Positions 11,457-24,233 of a stretch of 64,000 bases of DNA are shown here, in pieces. Position 1 is the stretch's first letter; every line of letters starts with the position of its first letter. A program made the position numbers and the translations under genes. The notes under the pieces are model-generated. The model was not told where the DNA came from. It saw only the letters and a program-made list of their open reading frames with translations, and made no database searches. Location of the stretch: positions 434,001 through 498,000 of the forward strand of contig NW_026250431.1 of assembly GCF_024521635.1 (NCBI RefSeq), read 5' to 3'. The stretch comes from Tricharina praecox (lineage: Eukaryota).

Positions 11457-14218
11457 CTACACCACCCTGCCATGAATGGTGGAGACCAGACAGTATCGAT
11501 TGTCACCCTGCCATTTCGTAGTGAAGTGCTGTAGCTCCTTCCCTCGGAGCCCAATCACATCGCCCGGCTGGAAGCTGAACTTCCGGCGCAACAGAGCAAC
11601 ACAGAACTCGCCACCGCTGTAGCTACCGAACGGTGTCAACCATGCGTATCCTCTGTCCAGGTCCTCGATATCGACATGGGGTTCGGTCAAGGTATTCACC
11701 AGCAGCGCTCGCAGGGTAAAGAACTCCTCCGCGACGGTTGCGACACTGTACCGATTTCCCGCGCCGGTCTGACATCCCCTGAAGAGCTCCTTGTAGCGGC
11801 GGAACATGACGGGATCGACGCCTTCGAAGCAGCAGCCAATGGTATCTGTGATGTTCCCTAGCCAGAACTGGAGATCTTTTAGCATCGACGAAGTGCGGGC
11901 GGCTTCTGCCCTAGAGTCGGCGGTGGGGATTGCGGGCAGATGGTTGTGTCCCTGCTCTTTCCACAGGCCTAGATAGACGATGCCGTTGCGCGCCGTCGCA
12001 CCGGTCGCCCATGGATACCCTTGGTTCTCGGCGATCCACTTGTCGTTGTGGCAGTGCCGCCGGCATTTGGGCTTGGTGGGCGCTTTGAACGCGATTAGCT
12101 TGTCGATGTTCTGCGCCGTGGTCGTGAGGATGTCGTCCGCCTTGGATCTCCACACCCGGTCGAAGGCGGCCGGGAAGCGGACGACCAAGGGCTTCATCGA
12201 GTTGTCGAGCGCGATGTAGATCTTGGACTCGGGAATCTCCTCGTAGGTCTCCGCGTCGGTCAGGCCCTTGTCCAGTGGTAGGATATGCTTTTCGGGCTTG
12301 AGGACGTCAAGATTGAGGTGGAAAAATACGTCGACGATTCGCGATCTGCATTCCCAGCGGTAGACCGCATCACCTGTGTTGTGCCACCACCACAAAAATC
12401 AGCCATGTCCATCCATCCAAAATACAAAATCCCAACGACGTAGATACCTCTAGCTCGAGCCACCTCGATCATGTATAACTGCGGCTTGGGTATCCCCATG
12501 ACATGCTCGAAGAATTTGGATTGCGGAAGCAGCTTCTTGCGGGACCCGACAGGCGTGCGGTAGTCCGCAAGATCGTACCGTGTGGTGTCGAGCTGGATCG
12601 GATGGCGTCGCCAGTCCGGCTTCTTGCCTTCTATTAGAAAATCGGGGATCTCGAACTTGTAGGACCGCCTCGATGTGGCGTTGCTACTAGAAGATTGCGG
12701 CAATGGGTTCTCTGCAGGTTTGGGATGCTCTGGCTGCGACTCTTCTTCTTCTTCCACTAGTCCTACCTCCAACCGGGAAAGCTCTGGCGGTAATTGTCTT
12801 GATTTTTCAGATGTGCATCTCTCTGCTGTCGGCTCCGTGTTTTTTCTCACCGGTGTCACCCTCGTTCGGAGGCGCTTCGGTGATGGTTGTTCTTGCTCCG
12901 GTACCAGTCGCTCCGATGTCGACTCCGAATCTTTCCCCACCGGCCTTAGCTCCAACAGGGGAATCTCCGGCGACGATTGTCTCGATTGCTCCTGTGTGTA
13001 TTGCCCTGCTGTCGGCTCCGCGTCTTCTTTCATCGGTGTCACGTCTAACTGGGGAAACTCCGGCGAAGATTGTCTCGATTGCTCAGATGTGTATCGCTCT
13101 GGCCGCGGCTCATCTTCTACCGGCTCCACCTCCAACCTGGGCAGCTCCGGCGACGGTTGTCTCGATTGCTCTGATGTGTATTGCACTGGTGTCGGCTCTG
13201 CGTCTCCCTCCACCGGTGTCACCTCCAGCTGTGGAAACGATTGTTTCCATTGCCCCAGGGTGCCTTGCCCTGCTGTCGGCTCCGCGTCTGCCTCCAGCGT
13301 CCCCATCGTTCCCTCCTCCAACTGAAGTAGCTCCGGCGACGATTGTTCTTGCTCCGGTAGCAGTCGCTCCGGTGTCGGTCGTGAGTTCGCCGGAGAATTG
13401 TCTTCCACCGGTCCAACCTTCAACTGAAGAAGCCCTGGCGATGGTTGTCTCGATTGCTCCGGCGACGATTGTCTCGATTGCCCCGGGGACGATTGTCTCG
13501 ATTGCCCCGGGGACGATTGTCTCGATTGCCCCGGGGACGATTGTCTCGATTGCCCCGGGGACGATTGTCTCGATTGCTCCGATGTGCATCGCCCTGCTGT
13601 CGGCTCCGCGACATTCCCCACCGGTCCCACCTCCCACTGGGGAAGCTCCGGCAACCGTTGTTCTTGCCCCGGTGTGTATTGCACTGCTGTCGGCTCCGAA
13701 TCTTCTTCCACCGGTGCCACCTCTAACCGGGGAAGCTCCGGCGACAGTGGTTCTTGCTCCGGTACTAGTCGTTCCAATGTCGGCTCCACGACTTCCTCCA
13801 CAGGTCCCACCTCCAACTGGGGAAGCTCCGGCGATGGCTGTCTCGATTGCTCCGAAGTGCAGTGCTCTGCCACCGGCTCCACGACTTTCCCCACCGGCGT
13901 CACCCCCGTCCGGCGGCGCTTCGGTGACCGTTGTTCTCGCTGCGGTACCAGTCGCTCCGCTGTCGGCCGCGAGTTCACTGGAGGATCGTCTTCCTCCGGT
14001 TCCACCTCAGGATAAAGCCGCTTCAACACGCGGTGCATCAAGCGATCCGATCTTCTTGTCGGATACGTTTCCTCCGCCCATGCAGCTTCACTGCCGCCGG
14101 CCGAGGGACGGGTTTCTGGCCGGTAGTGAGGTGGAGCACCCCATGTGGGAGGGCTGGGAGGCGGCTCGGATGGGCTCGATGGCGGGGTGCTGAGTGGGCT
14201 CGAGGAATAATCCGCCAT
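11457..14218 (-). CDS. TET/JBP-like 2OG-Fe(II) dioxygenase with long repetitive disordered N-terminus, ~895 aa (exons 14218-12448, 12373-11457)
   Basis: C-terminal domain LLVNTLTEPHVDIED (HxD)...FGSYSGGEF...FQPGDVIGLRGKELQH...NRYCLV (distal H and 2OG-binding R); a 74-nt intron (gtatct...gctgat...cag) joins ORFs 12260-14326 and 11457-12395 in frame. Confidence 0.8.
13445..13580. repeat. 24-bp coding tandem repeat (QSRQSSPG units) inside the dioxygenase gene
   Basis: ttgccccggggacgattgtctcga repeated. Confidence 0.95.
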
Positions 14219-14940
14219 GGAAGGCGAGGTGGAAGGCAAGGTGGAGGCTGAAAGCAACGGGATGGTAAGTGTCAGAGATGGGGAAATATAGTTCGGTACA
14301 CTCAGCGTTAGGAGTACAGCCTCCATATATATGCCATCGGGATGGCTGACCCGCTGGTGTACCTAGGCAGCCTGCCAAAGTTGCCGGGGGAGAAGAAAGT
14401 CTCCGCATAGAAAGTAAGATCTGAATTAAGATGTCTTGTAGTAAGGTGTCGTGGGGCAGTAGGAAGTCAATGCGAGCAGCCTCACAACCTTGTCGGCTGC
14501 ATGACCTCAACACTCCAACTTATGTAGACTGCCTTTCCTGGCCATGCCTGGTCCAGACTACTGGTCCCCTCGCCTCTTCTTCTCGTTCCCGTAGGTCATT
14601 TCACGTAATGTGACCGACAAGCAAAAGCCATTACAAATGGATTGCACCGTTTTCGCCCAGGAAGGCTGGTAGTGGCTGATGTGAGTGTGGCGTTCAGCTG
14701 GCGCCATCTCTGTTACACAGGCGAGTGACCGTCCTTACGGATAAGATCACGTCATAATCAGCCGCAACCCCTGTTCGCCGGCTGTAATATAGCGCACTTT
14801 CTCCCCGACGCGAATCCCTGCCTCGCGTCGCAATCAAGTCTTCGCATCCATCCAGCTTCCCTCGACTACGAGCGGGCTCGAACTACTCTACACCCCTTGT
14901 ACGGATAATAGTCCGTACCGTCCACCACCCCACCACAGCC

Positions 14941-16323
14941 ATGCCTCGCCAATCGCACTCGACGCGAACAAGAAGGGTCGACGCACTGGACTCCGACGAC
15001 GAGGAGCAGGACAGTCCTTCCACGCGACACCGCGACGCCGCACCCGCATCCACCGCACGCCGTCGGCAGCCTCGGGCGCAAACCAATGACGACGAGGACG
15101 ACGAGGTCAAATCCGAAGCCGAATCTGGCGGCGAAGAGGAGGCAGGCGACGCACGGGATAAGAACGATACATCGACCTTGAAGAATAAGGACAAGGACGC
15201 AGTGTACGACCCCGAGCAGAACCTCAACGAGCGGCGCCACGTGCGCCAGGGCTACCGAGTGCTGCAGAAATCGCTGGAAGGTGTGTGTGGGGGTTCGGCG
15301 CGACGCGGGTGCGCACCACACCGAGCTGCTGCTAACTGCGGGGACAGAATCCAAGGCCGAGTACCTCCAGCGCGACAATGAGAATCTGTACGAGGCCTTC
15401 GCGTCCGCCAACAGGCTGTACAAGAACGTCAAGCAAACCTCCGATGCCACGCTGGACTCGCGGTTGCTCGTCACGGCGTCGGATCTCGCGCTGAAGCGTG
15501 TGACTACCATGGTGGTCGGCTCGTCGTCGACCGGTATCGATGTGGACGAGTTCGTCGGAAAGTGCTTCTCGTTCATGAAGCGGGCTGGCCGCGAGGCGGC
15601 TCCTCGGCGCGAGGAGGAAGAGGGGGACGACGACAATGAGGATCACGGCGATGCTTCCGATTGGGCGTACCTCGGCCGTGCGGCGGCCTACAAGGGCAAT
15701 AAACGTCCCCCGACCATCGAGTTCCTTCTGGGACCTCTGAGTCTGCAGAAGAGGGTGCGGGTCGTGCGCACGCGCAAGGAGGGCATCGAACATCAACCGG
15801 GGACGCAGGCGACAAGGCCAATCGACATGAGCGCGGAGGACATCCAGCAGAGTCAGACTACCACGCTAAAACTTGTCAAGAAAGTCCACGGGTTGCTCAT
15901 AAAGTACATGGAGAGTGATCAGTACGACGGCGAGACGGACCCAGGCTTGCGGCTGTTCGATGTTGTCATCAACCCCGAGAGCTATGGCCAGACCATCGAG
16001 AACATTTTCGTCATCTCGTTCTTGGTCGGTGAGGGACGAGTAGCGATCTGGACGGACGAGGATACTGGAATCCCCATGCTCTGTGAGTCCCCCTTTGTTA
16101 CCCACCTTCGTTTATCCAGCACTAACAATCCCCAGCGGCCGCAACCGAGGCCACTCCCGCGCAGCGGGAGTCCGGCGAGGTTTCGCGCAAGCAGTCGATC
16201 TTTTCGTTGACGATGTACGAGTGGAAGCGGATCATCGAAGTGTATAGCATCACAAAATCGGTGATCATCCCGACCCGACCCAAGGAGGAAATAAACATCA
16301 CGGCCACGGGTTGGTACGCTTAG
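14941..16323 (+). CDS. NSE4: SMC5/6 complex kleisin subunit Nse4 (exons 14941-15280, 15348-16082, 16136-16323)
   Basis: YDPEQNLNERRHVRQGYR; VKQTSDATLDSRLLV; EFLLGPLS; VINPESYGQTIENIFVISFL; ends GWYA*; canonical introns. Confidence 0.93.
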
Positions 16324-16907
16324 TCTGCCTCTCATTTTCTCTTTGGCTCCCGCTTTCTCGTGCTTATCGTGCTTTCTTTGGGCGTTTTCTGGTAGACTCG
16401 GGGGTTGGGGGTTGCAGGTTTTACTTCTAGTATGTAGGTACAATGTTCATAATTTCTGGTCCATGTGGATCACGGGAGCTCTGGTTTTGTGGGCTCTGTT
16501 TAGGTTTGTTGTTTCTGTGGAGGGAGGTGGCAGAAGGTCATGTTCCTACCGGGATCCACGGTCGAATGCAAAGATGATGGAACAAAATAACATTGGGAGT
16601 CGTAAGCCGTGACTGCGCTGTTGACCGTCACGATGGGATTCATTTGGGGCCACATCTAGGTAGTGCAAACGGCCTACATTGGAGCTCGACCTCCAGGCAT
16701 GACTCGGTCACCACTTCGACCAATCAGAAAATTCTGTTTCGATTACATTGCGCACATCTCGAGAGCCAGCAAAAACCTTGCTATCCTGGATCCGGAAGAC
16801 ACGAGACAGCGAGTACACACTAAAGAAACCACGAAATGTGCAAGCAAAAAAATCAATATCCAAAAACTCCAAAACCCCCGCTCGCTCACTAAAAATGAAA
16901 CCGTCGC

Positions 16908-18248
16908 CTACGCGCGCATCTCGTCCTTGATGGCGTTCTCAAAGTCACTATGACCGCCCAGAATATCCGGCGGGATCTCCTGCATCTGCACACCCGGCGC
17001 GCCACCGAGATACCTCAGCTGCTCCATGATCCTCTGGCGCACCGTCTCGAGATACTTCCTGCTGTTCTTATTCTCGTAGCGGCCGTCGGTGCCGAGGCGG
17101 GGGTGGAGCACATATTCCGGCGCGAAGTACTCGCGGAAGGGGTGTCCGAGCTGCGTGGGGAGCTCTGTGCCCACCTCGGTGTCGGTGGCAATTGACGTCT
17201 CGTAGCACCAGAGACGGCTGACGTTGCGGGGGGTGTAGCCGCCGCCGCCGACGAGCAGCAGCGGCAGCCCGAAGGACTTGACGAACTCGACGCAGGCGCC
17301 GTGCGCGCTAATGTTCAGGTTGAAGCAGCCGAGGCGGTCGGCGCCGAGGGAGTCCGCGCCGCACTGCAGCACGATCGATGCCGGCCGGTAGGATTGCATC
17401 ACTGGCTCCACGATGGATTTGAATAGGCGCAGGTAGTTCTCGTCGTCGATGCCGTCGCGGAGCGGGACGTTGAGCGAGTAGTGCTTCCCCGCGCCCCCGC
17501 CGATGTCGTCCCAGTTTCCCGTGCCGGGGAAGAAGTTGTCCTTGTCGTACTTGTGGAAGCTCAGGGTCATGACGCGGTCGGTGCTGAAGAAGGCCTGTTC
17601 CACGCCGTCGCCGTGGTGTACGTCGATATCGATGTAGAGGACGCGGGGATGATGCCGCAGGAGCTGCAGGATCGCCAGGACGATGTCGTTGATGTAGCAG
17701 AACCCGGAGGCCTCGCTCTTCTTAGCGTGGTGCAGGCCGCCACTCCAGTTGATGGCGATGTCACTCTGGCCGTTAAGCAACTTCTTCGCCGCGTCCAGAC
17801 TGGCGCCCGAGTATAACGTACAGAAATCCCAGATGCCCGAGAAGATCGGACAGTCCTCGCCGAAGTTGAATTTTGGCAGTTGCAGCGCGAACGCGTCGGC
17901 GTTCTCCGGCGTGACGCGCCGCAGAAAGTCGAGATAGTCGTGCGTGTGGAAGTCGCCCAGCTCCTCCGGCGTGGCGGGCCGCGTCGCGTAGCAGTCCATG
18001 TGGTTCTGTAGCCCGTAGCCGAGCACGAGTTGGTTCGTGAGCGTGAGCCGCCATGGCTTCATCGGGTGGGATGAGCCGAAGTGGTGGTTCTCGGCGAGCG
18101 GGTTGTGGTGGTAGGACACCTTCTTCGTGGGCCGGCCGGCGATGCGCGTGGCGACGGGCTGCGAGGTGGCCGTTTTGGAGTCGAGCGCAATGGTCGCGCT
18201 CCCGGAGGCGCCCCAGGTATCGTAGGTCTGGACTATGGGCAGAGGCAT
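16908..18248 (-). CDS. HOS2: Class I histone deacetylase, Hos2 type, apparently intronless
   Basis: [11 protein letters not shown] (Hos2-type), [51 protein letters not shown]. Confidence 0.95.
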   Translation of the reverse strand: MPLPIVQTYDTWGASGSATIALDSKTATSQPVATRIAGRPTKKVSYHHNPLAENHHFGSSHPMKPWRLTLTNQLVLGYGLQNHMDCYATRPATPEELGDFHTHDYLDFLRRVTPENADAFALQLPKFNFGEDCPIFSGIWDFCTLYSGASLDAAKKLLNGQSDIAINWSGGLHHAKKSEASGFCYINDIVLAILQLLRHHPRVLYIDIDVHHGDGVEQAFFSTDRVMTLSFHKYDKDNFFPGTGNWDDIGGGAGKHYSLNVPLRDGIDDENYLRLFKSIVEPVMQSYRPASIVLQCGADSLGADRLGCFNLNISAHGACVEFVKSFGLPLLLVGGGGYTPRNVSRLWCYETSIATDTEVGTELPTQLGHPFREYFAPEYVLHPRLGTDGRYENKNSRKYLETVRQRIMEQLRYLGGAPGVQMQEIPPDILGGHSDFENAIKDEMRA

Positions 18249-19022
18249 CGTGGTGTATATAAGTGGCAATGAAGTGGCGAGCGGATTGAGACGCGACGTT
18301 GGCGAGATGGACAATGCTTGGACGACGGTTGACTAGGGTCGGTGAGCATCTTCCGTGTGGCGCTAAAAGTCAATCCCCCGCACCTCACTTCTCCACATGG
18401 CCCCACCCATGCTGACTCGGTGGGTGCAGTTTATTGACATGGAAAGTGCGATTTATTGATACAGAGGAAGCAATTGTACATTCCATAGGACCACCTCCCC
18501 TCTCACCACTTCCCCTCCAAGGTATATGACGGTAGTTAATACACAAACGAGCCTACCCACAGCCACACGTGGGTAACTGTACGAAAACATGAACAACCTC
18601 AAAGGACTGCCCATATAGACAACCCAACAAGACTGGCCATAACCAAAACCGTCAAAAATAATGGCTGCTCACAAAAAAAAACCCCCTCACGACATTGACC
18701 TCCCGCGATAAAACCCCATTAAACCTCAACATCCCCATCGGTGACCAAGAGCAGAAAATTCGCAAGGCAATCAAACACAAGAAACCCATCAACTCCCGCT
18801 CCAATGCTTGTGACAAATAACTCACCCACCGAGTGATGCACTGTGTACAATCAACAAATCACATAAAAAAACAGAGTGAACCAACATAAACTTATTTTCC
18901 AAGGGAAATGCCGCTAGTAAAGCTAATGGAACAAAAAAAAAACTGTATCATCAAAGCAAACCCATCATCAAATCATACCCGTTCTGCAGTCGATCCCGCC
19001 GTCGTGGTCGTCGGTATGACCA

Positions 19023-20666
19023 TTATCCCATGTGGTAGTCGTTGTCATCCTGTAGGATGAGGTATCGTTCGGCGACGTACGCCAGTGATGCCAGTTCCAC
19101 CTCCTCGTCAGATAACTCGCGGACCACAACTCGGTGGCCTGGCGCCCTCAAGAAGCATTGACACGCCGCATAGCTGCTGTCAGCACAGGCCGGCCACTTC
19201 GCACACATCGCTCTGCGTAAGTAGGTAAGGCGACGCTGATAGGCTTCGTGCCTAATCGCAAAGCTGTTTTTGACTTTGACTTGGATGTATGTATTCTGCT
19301 GGTCCGAGCGACTATTGCGGGGGCTGGCGTAGGAACGACTGCTGGCGAGCGTAGTGAAGGTTTTGTCGCTGCCGGCTCGGCTGAGGGGACGCGAATCATG
19401 TCTTATACTGGCATCGGGTGTCGTAACACCGAGATTTCTATTGCGGATGAAGCGACGGATTTGGCTGACACGTGGAGTAGGGTATGTGTCGTCTGCCTTC
19501 GGGCTGACTTTCTGAGTAACATTGATGATTAGGCTTTGCTGTTCGATCAACACCGGCGAACCGTCAAAGCTAGGATCCCGCTTGTGTACCAACTTCGACA
19601 AACTGTTGATACGCTGGCGGATCGACCGGATAACAAAATCACTAGTTCTCACTCCCGATGAATGCCATCGCCGAATTTCTGTGGCGACGAATTTGGGCAG
19701 ACTGGAATGCTTAGCCCAGCGGGATGGCTTATCTGTATCCATGGCGGTATCCGCTTGCTGAGGATCGATTTCAATTTTCATCTCGTCTTGCCGAGGATCC
19801 GTATCCGTCTGCATTTTATCTTGCTGAGTATCGGTATCCGTCTGCATTTTATCTTGCTGGGGATCGGTTTCCATTTCATCTTGCTGAGGATCCACTTCCG
19901 CTTGCTGGGAATCGATTTCTATTCGCATATCCATCTGCTGAGGATCTATTTCAATTTGCATTTCGTCTTGCTGAGTATCGGTATCCGTCTGCATTTTATC
20001 TTGCTGGGGATCGGTTTCCATTTCATCTTGCTGAGGATCCACTTCCGCTTGCTGGGAATCGATTTCTATTCGCATATCCGTTTGCTGAGGATCTATTTCA
20101 ATTTGCATCTTGTCTTGCTCAGGCTCCGTCTCCGTCTGCATTTTATCTTGCTGAGTATCGGTATCCGTCTGCATTTCGTCTTGCTGAGCATCGGTATCGG
20201 CCTGCATTTTATCTTTCTGCGCATCGGTATCGGTCTGCATATCGTCTTGCTGAGCATCCGTATCCGTCTCCATTTTATCTTGCTGGGGATCCATTTCGTT
20301 TTGCACTTCCGCGAAACAGTCCAGCGAGACGGGTGCGGCAGTCATCTGAACGTCCGGGGTAGCAGAGCTATCAACGACATTCGTATCGTGCGGCATAGGT
20401 GCAGTCTGTGACGCTTCTGACATAGTTATCTCTGGCGAAGACGGAGCCGACGACACCGAATGGTGTGAGCTCGGATTGCGAAGAGACAGAGTCGGAGATG
20501 GAGGAGACAGGACTGGAGATGGAGGAGATAGGGTCGAAAGCGGAGGAGTTAGAGTCGGAGAAGGAAGAGATCCAGCCGAATTATTGATATTTCCGCCTGC
20601 GTTGGTGCTTGGGTAGAAGTTTTCCGAGGGCTCGGTCGGACAGTGTTTATATCGTGAGTGGAACAT
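19023..20666 (-). CDS. Hypothetical protein with Q/D/E-rich internal repeats (QQDKMQTDTD) and a basic C-terminal domain
   Basis: 547-aa uninterrupted ATG ORF; no family recognised. Confidence 0.65.
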   Translation of the reverse strand: MFHSRYKHCPTEPSENFYPSTNAGGNINNSAGSLPSPTLTPPLSTLSPPSPVLSPPSPTLSLRNPSSHHSVSSAPSSPEITMSEASQTAPMPHDTNVVDSSATPDVQMTAAPVSLDCFAEVQNEMDPQQDKMETDTDAQQDDMQTDTDAQKDKMQADTDAQQDEMQTDTDTQQDKMQTETEPEQDKMQIEIDPQQTDMRIEIDSQQAEVDPQQDEMETDPQQDKMQTDTDTQQDEMQIEIDPQQMDMRIEIDSQQAEVDPQQDEMETDPQQDKMQTDTDTQQDKMQTDTDPRQDEMKIEIDPQQADTAMDTDKPSRWAKHSSLPKFVATEIRRWHSSGVRTSDFVIRSIRQRINSLSKLVHKRDPSFDGSPVLIEQQSLIINVTQKVSPKADDTYPTPRVSQIRRFIRNRNLGVTTPDASIRHDSRPLSRAGSDKTFTTLASSRSYASPRNSRSDQQNTYIQVKVKNSFAIRHEAYQRRLTYLRRAMCAKWPACADSSYAACQCFLRAPGHRVVVRELSDEEVELASLAYVAERYLILQDDNDYHMG

Positions 20667-22103
20667 CTCGGGCTAAGAACGAATGACCGTATTCGACGAT
20701 ATGGCAAATCTTGTCTGAAAGCTTGTTTGGTTAGCCGCGGCCCTTTTAGTGCCGTTATACCGTAGGATGGTGTGCTCACTTTTCGCAAATGGCTGTCAGA
20801 TTTTTATGATGTAAGAACCGATCGAAATGCGAATCTGTCTCTTCCACGAGCTTGTTGAATTAGCTATAAGCTCTTTCAGTAACATTATACTTCAGGATAG
20901 TATGCTCACTGGAAAAGACGGTAGGGTGTCAGAGAAAAGCCTCAAGGAGGACTCAAAACTGAGGCGCTGTGTCGGCTGGAAATTGATGACCCGGTATTAC
21001 TCCTAAGAGAAGCGAAGGTGATCGTAGAGAGGGAGATAGGACTGAAGCGAAGAGTAGATGGTAGAGGTTTAGATGAAGGTTGATGACAAGCGAAGAGGAA
21101 TTGAGTTAGAGGTGCGATGCGTAGTAGAAAGATTGGAAGATGAAGGTGAAGAAAGAATGGAGGAAGATGTGGAGGAGGGACGGAAGAGGAAGGAATATAG
21201 AAGGAGCTCGAGGTAAGATAGGTTGACGTTCCAAGCTGGTGCTACCAGCTAGCACGAAGGTGGGGTGAGGGGGTGGCCGAGTGAGGATACATGTACTTGG
21301 CCGCAAATGGCACTTAACCTTGAATTAAGCTTCTTTCTCACGACAGTCGCTAGCCACAACACGTGCTCGACCATGACACGTGCTTGCTCACAACGGGTAT
21401 TGGAAACAAGGGGTGCTTGATCATAACAGATAAGTACTTGACTATAGCCGATGTTTGTTCACCTCACAATGCGTGCTTCATCACAACAGGTGCTTGACCA
21501 CGGCAGGAGCCCAATGCCCCACCAAATCATTGCCAAACAAGCTTTGTGGACGTTGCTGGATGTGCAAAAAGTCTGCCGGTGAGTCTTCCAACATAATGAG
21601 ACTGGTATATTGATCAGTAACGTATCCAAGAAAGACAGCAAGAAAAGCTCAAGCTTCCGCCCAAACGAACCTTCTCCATCATACTAAACTATAACCTGTG
21701 GCCCACTATTCTCGATGCTGCCATATCTGACACGCAACAATCGAGCCTAGACGACGACGGCTACGGCGAACCCCACAACAGTCAGTAAAGACTCGAAGCC
21801 GCCGTGCGGAATAACCGTTCTACTTGGAAGACTCACGGCTATCTCGGCGTTGTTTTAAGACCGGCGCCTTTTTCTCGGTATTATGGAGCTCAAAGTCTCG
21901 TAGGAGAAGCACTATTGGTAGTACGAACGTGGCCTATTATCCGTTAGCGATCTGTAACCTGCAATCCGCGTGTGAAGCATTGTGCTCATATCGTCCTGGA
22001 CTTTCATCGCTGATATTTCTTGAACCAGACACGATGAGGCGGAAGAGCTCACAGCGATCGTACCTCAAAAAGGCCCGCAACTACATCGGTGTCGGATGGA
22101 TGT

Positions 22104-22456
22104 CATGCACCTCAGGTCTGACCATCAGATAGTACGACAGAGAAACGCAGGGTCTGGACCACTGGCTCTTATCCATTTCTGCGGGGACGCTCGCGAGAGG
22201 ATGTAAGCGGTCCCCATATTCAGAAACGAGTCCATGCACATCAGGTCTGACCATCAGTGAACACGACAAAAGAACCGCAGGGTCTGGCCCGTTCGGTGAA
22301 ACCTCGTTCCTGGACCGGTGAAGGTCGAATTGGTGTCCTGCGAGACAAACTTTCATACAAGTCTCGAAGCGACACCATATCCGATATCGAGTCCATGCAC
22401 TTCAGGTCTGGCCATCAGTGAACATGATAAAGAACCGTAGGGTCTGGCCCACTGGT
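22104..22456 (+). repeat. Three ~62-bp direct repeats with spacers, in a probable pseudogene
   Basis: catgcacNtcaggtctgRccatcag...gggtctggNcc at 22104, 22233 and 22394. Confidence 0.85.
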
Positions 22457-24053
22457 TCTAAACTCTTTCCTGGAGCGATGTGGGCCGAAAGTGGGGAGTC
22501 GGGCTTGAGATGGTCGAGGGTGGTCAAGAGTCGGCATAGCATCACAGATCGATGGCATATAGAGAGGGGTGAATACGAGCGAGATAATCCCGAGGTCTTT
22601 GTACCTATTTATGTGAAGTATAGTAGTAGGAGTTTGGCCGATAGGGGGGTTGGCGATGATGACATGAGGGGAAATGAAAACGTCAGTGCAAAGCAACCAG
22701 GCAAGCCAGGCATTCGAACCGACGGAAAACGTATGGCATCGGTCTTCTAGGCTTGATGCTGGTCCACTATAGTGCTCGTGCTACCCTTATATCGTCGTAT
22801 AAAACCTCTGCGTTCTGGGGCACGGGTTGGGCCAGGAGGTGGCCATCAGAAGGGCACCGCTGGCGATAGCAGGTCGAGGAAAGGCTGGCTTGTGAAGCCG
22901 TGAGCGGAACTCTGTTTCGTCGGCCATTCTCACCACATCAGTCTGGACTCTTCATACTGCCGATTTTTTTGTATCAGATCAACCATCAACCTTTGTGTCT
23001 GCGACCGAAGTTCTGGGCCAAATAACTTTATCATCGGGTCTTAAAAAAGGATATCGAGACGTGGGTTACGTTTCCCCTCCCGCTCCCGCAGACCAAGAAT
23101 CACAGGGATGAGATAGAGTTCCTTGTAGCTCTAGCGTGTCTTTTGATTCGGTGCGTAAGTAACATTTTTTGCCTAACTGATGATGTGTACCTACTCCAGA
23201 TAGGGTTCTACTGGCCGACAAGGACAAACTGGCCCTGCCTACTCGCATGCCTAGATTTGTGACATTGGCACTACCGTCGTGTATGGGGACGTAAGATGAG
23301 AGTTCGTGACGATCTCTATGAGGACGACGACGACAACCCTATTCCATCTCTTTAGAACTATAGACCCGATCAGACGCAATGCAAATCGTCCCTGCTGAGC
23401 GGTCACTTCTAGCAAGAAACTTCAAGGAAATTCTAGCCGTCTCCGCTCTGCTAGCGCGAGTGATGGGCTTGATGGCACGCGTACGATACATACCGTCGGC
23501 GCAGGCAACAGCCCAGCCTAATCAAAGCCAGCCCGCAGCCCGGCGTGTGTAGCCCAGCCCGGGCCGGGCTAGTCTTGGCAGCGCAGCTTTGAGCAGCCCA
23601 CCAGCCGGGCGAGCCCGGGCTGGTGGGCCGTAGCGAGTGAGTTCCAATGATTCGTTTCACTGCTAGTATCGTTGAGGGTCATCCGGCACGGCCACCTCCT
23701 GTATGCCAACAACAACAACCGCAACAACAACCGCAACAGAATCGCCTCCCGGAATACAATCGCCTCCCACATAATCCTCGATCAGATGTCAAACGCAACT
23801 GAGAGCGCCAATCTCACACAAAGTACACGATCGCCCTCTTCTGTTTTCGCGAGGGTAGGCCTAAGAAGCATGTGAGCTAGAGTAGTCCTCCTCTCGTGCC
23901 GATCAAGCTTTTGCAAGGCCCCAAAAGTCGAGTTAGATCAGATACAATGCGGTATGCTACGAAAATTGGAGTGCCATAAATGTAGTACATTTTGAAAGTA
24001 GCAGTGCTAAAGCCTAAAATATATTGCAACAGTACACATGAATCCCATCGTCA

Positions 24054-24233
24054 GTAGTACCAGTGTAGAAAAAACAAACGTCATGAAGCTAAAGAAAAAG
24101 TAGTACTAGTGTAGACAAACAAACGTCGCGAAGCTAAAGAAAAAGTAGTACCAGTGTAGACAAAAAAAACGTCATGAAGCCAATGAAAAAGTTACCAGTG
24201 TAGACAAACAAATGTCATGAAGCCAAACGAAAA
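24054..24233. repeat. AT-rich ~45-bp tandem repeat x4
   Basis: agtgtagacaaacaaacgtcatgaagctaaagaaaaag units. Confidence 0.9.

Noticed and set aside
12703..14193. 496-aa plus-strand ORF and other overlapping ORFs
   Set aside because: Antisense shadows of the repetitive dioxygenase exon
19662..20411. 249-aa and 212-aa plus-strand ORFs
   Set aside because: Antisense shadows of the repeat tract in 19023-20666
22104..22456. CRISPR-like appearance
   Set aside because: Eukaryotic context, repeats too long and degenerate, unequal spacers, no cas genes
23450..23670. AGCCC/GGGCT-rich hairpins as a transposon end
   Set aside because: No convincing TIR pair or TSD
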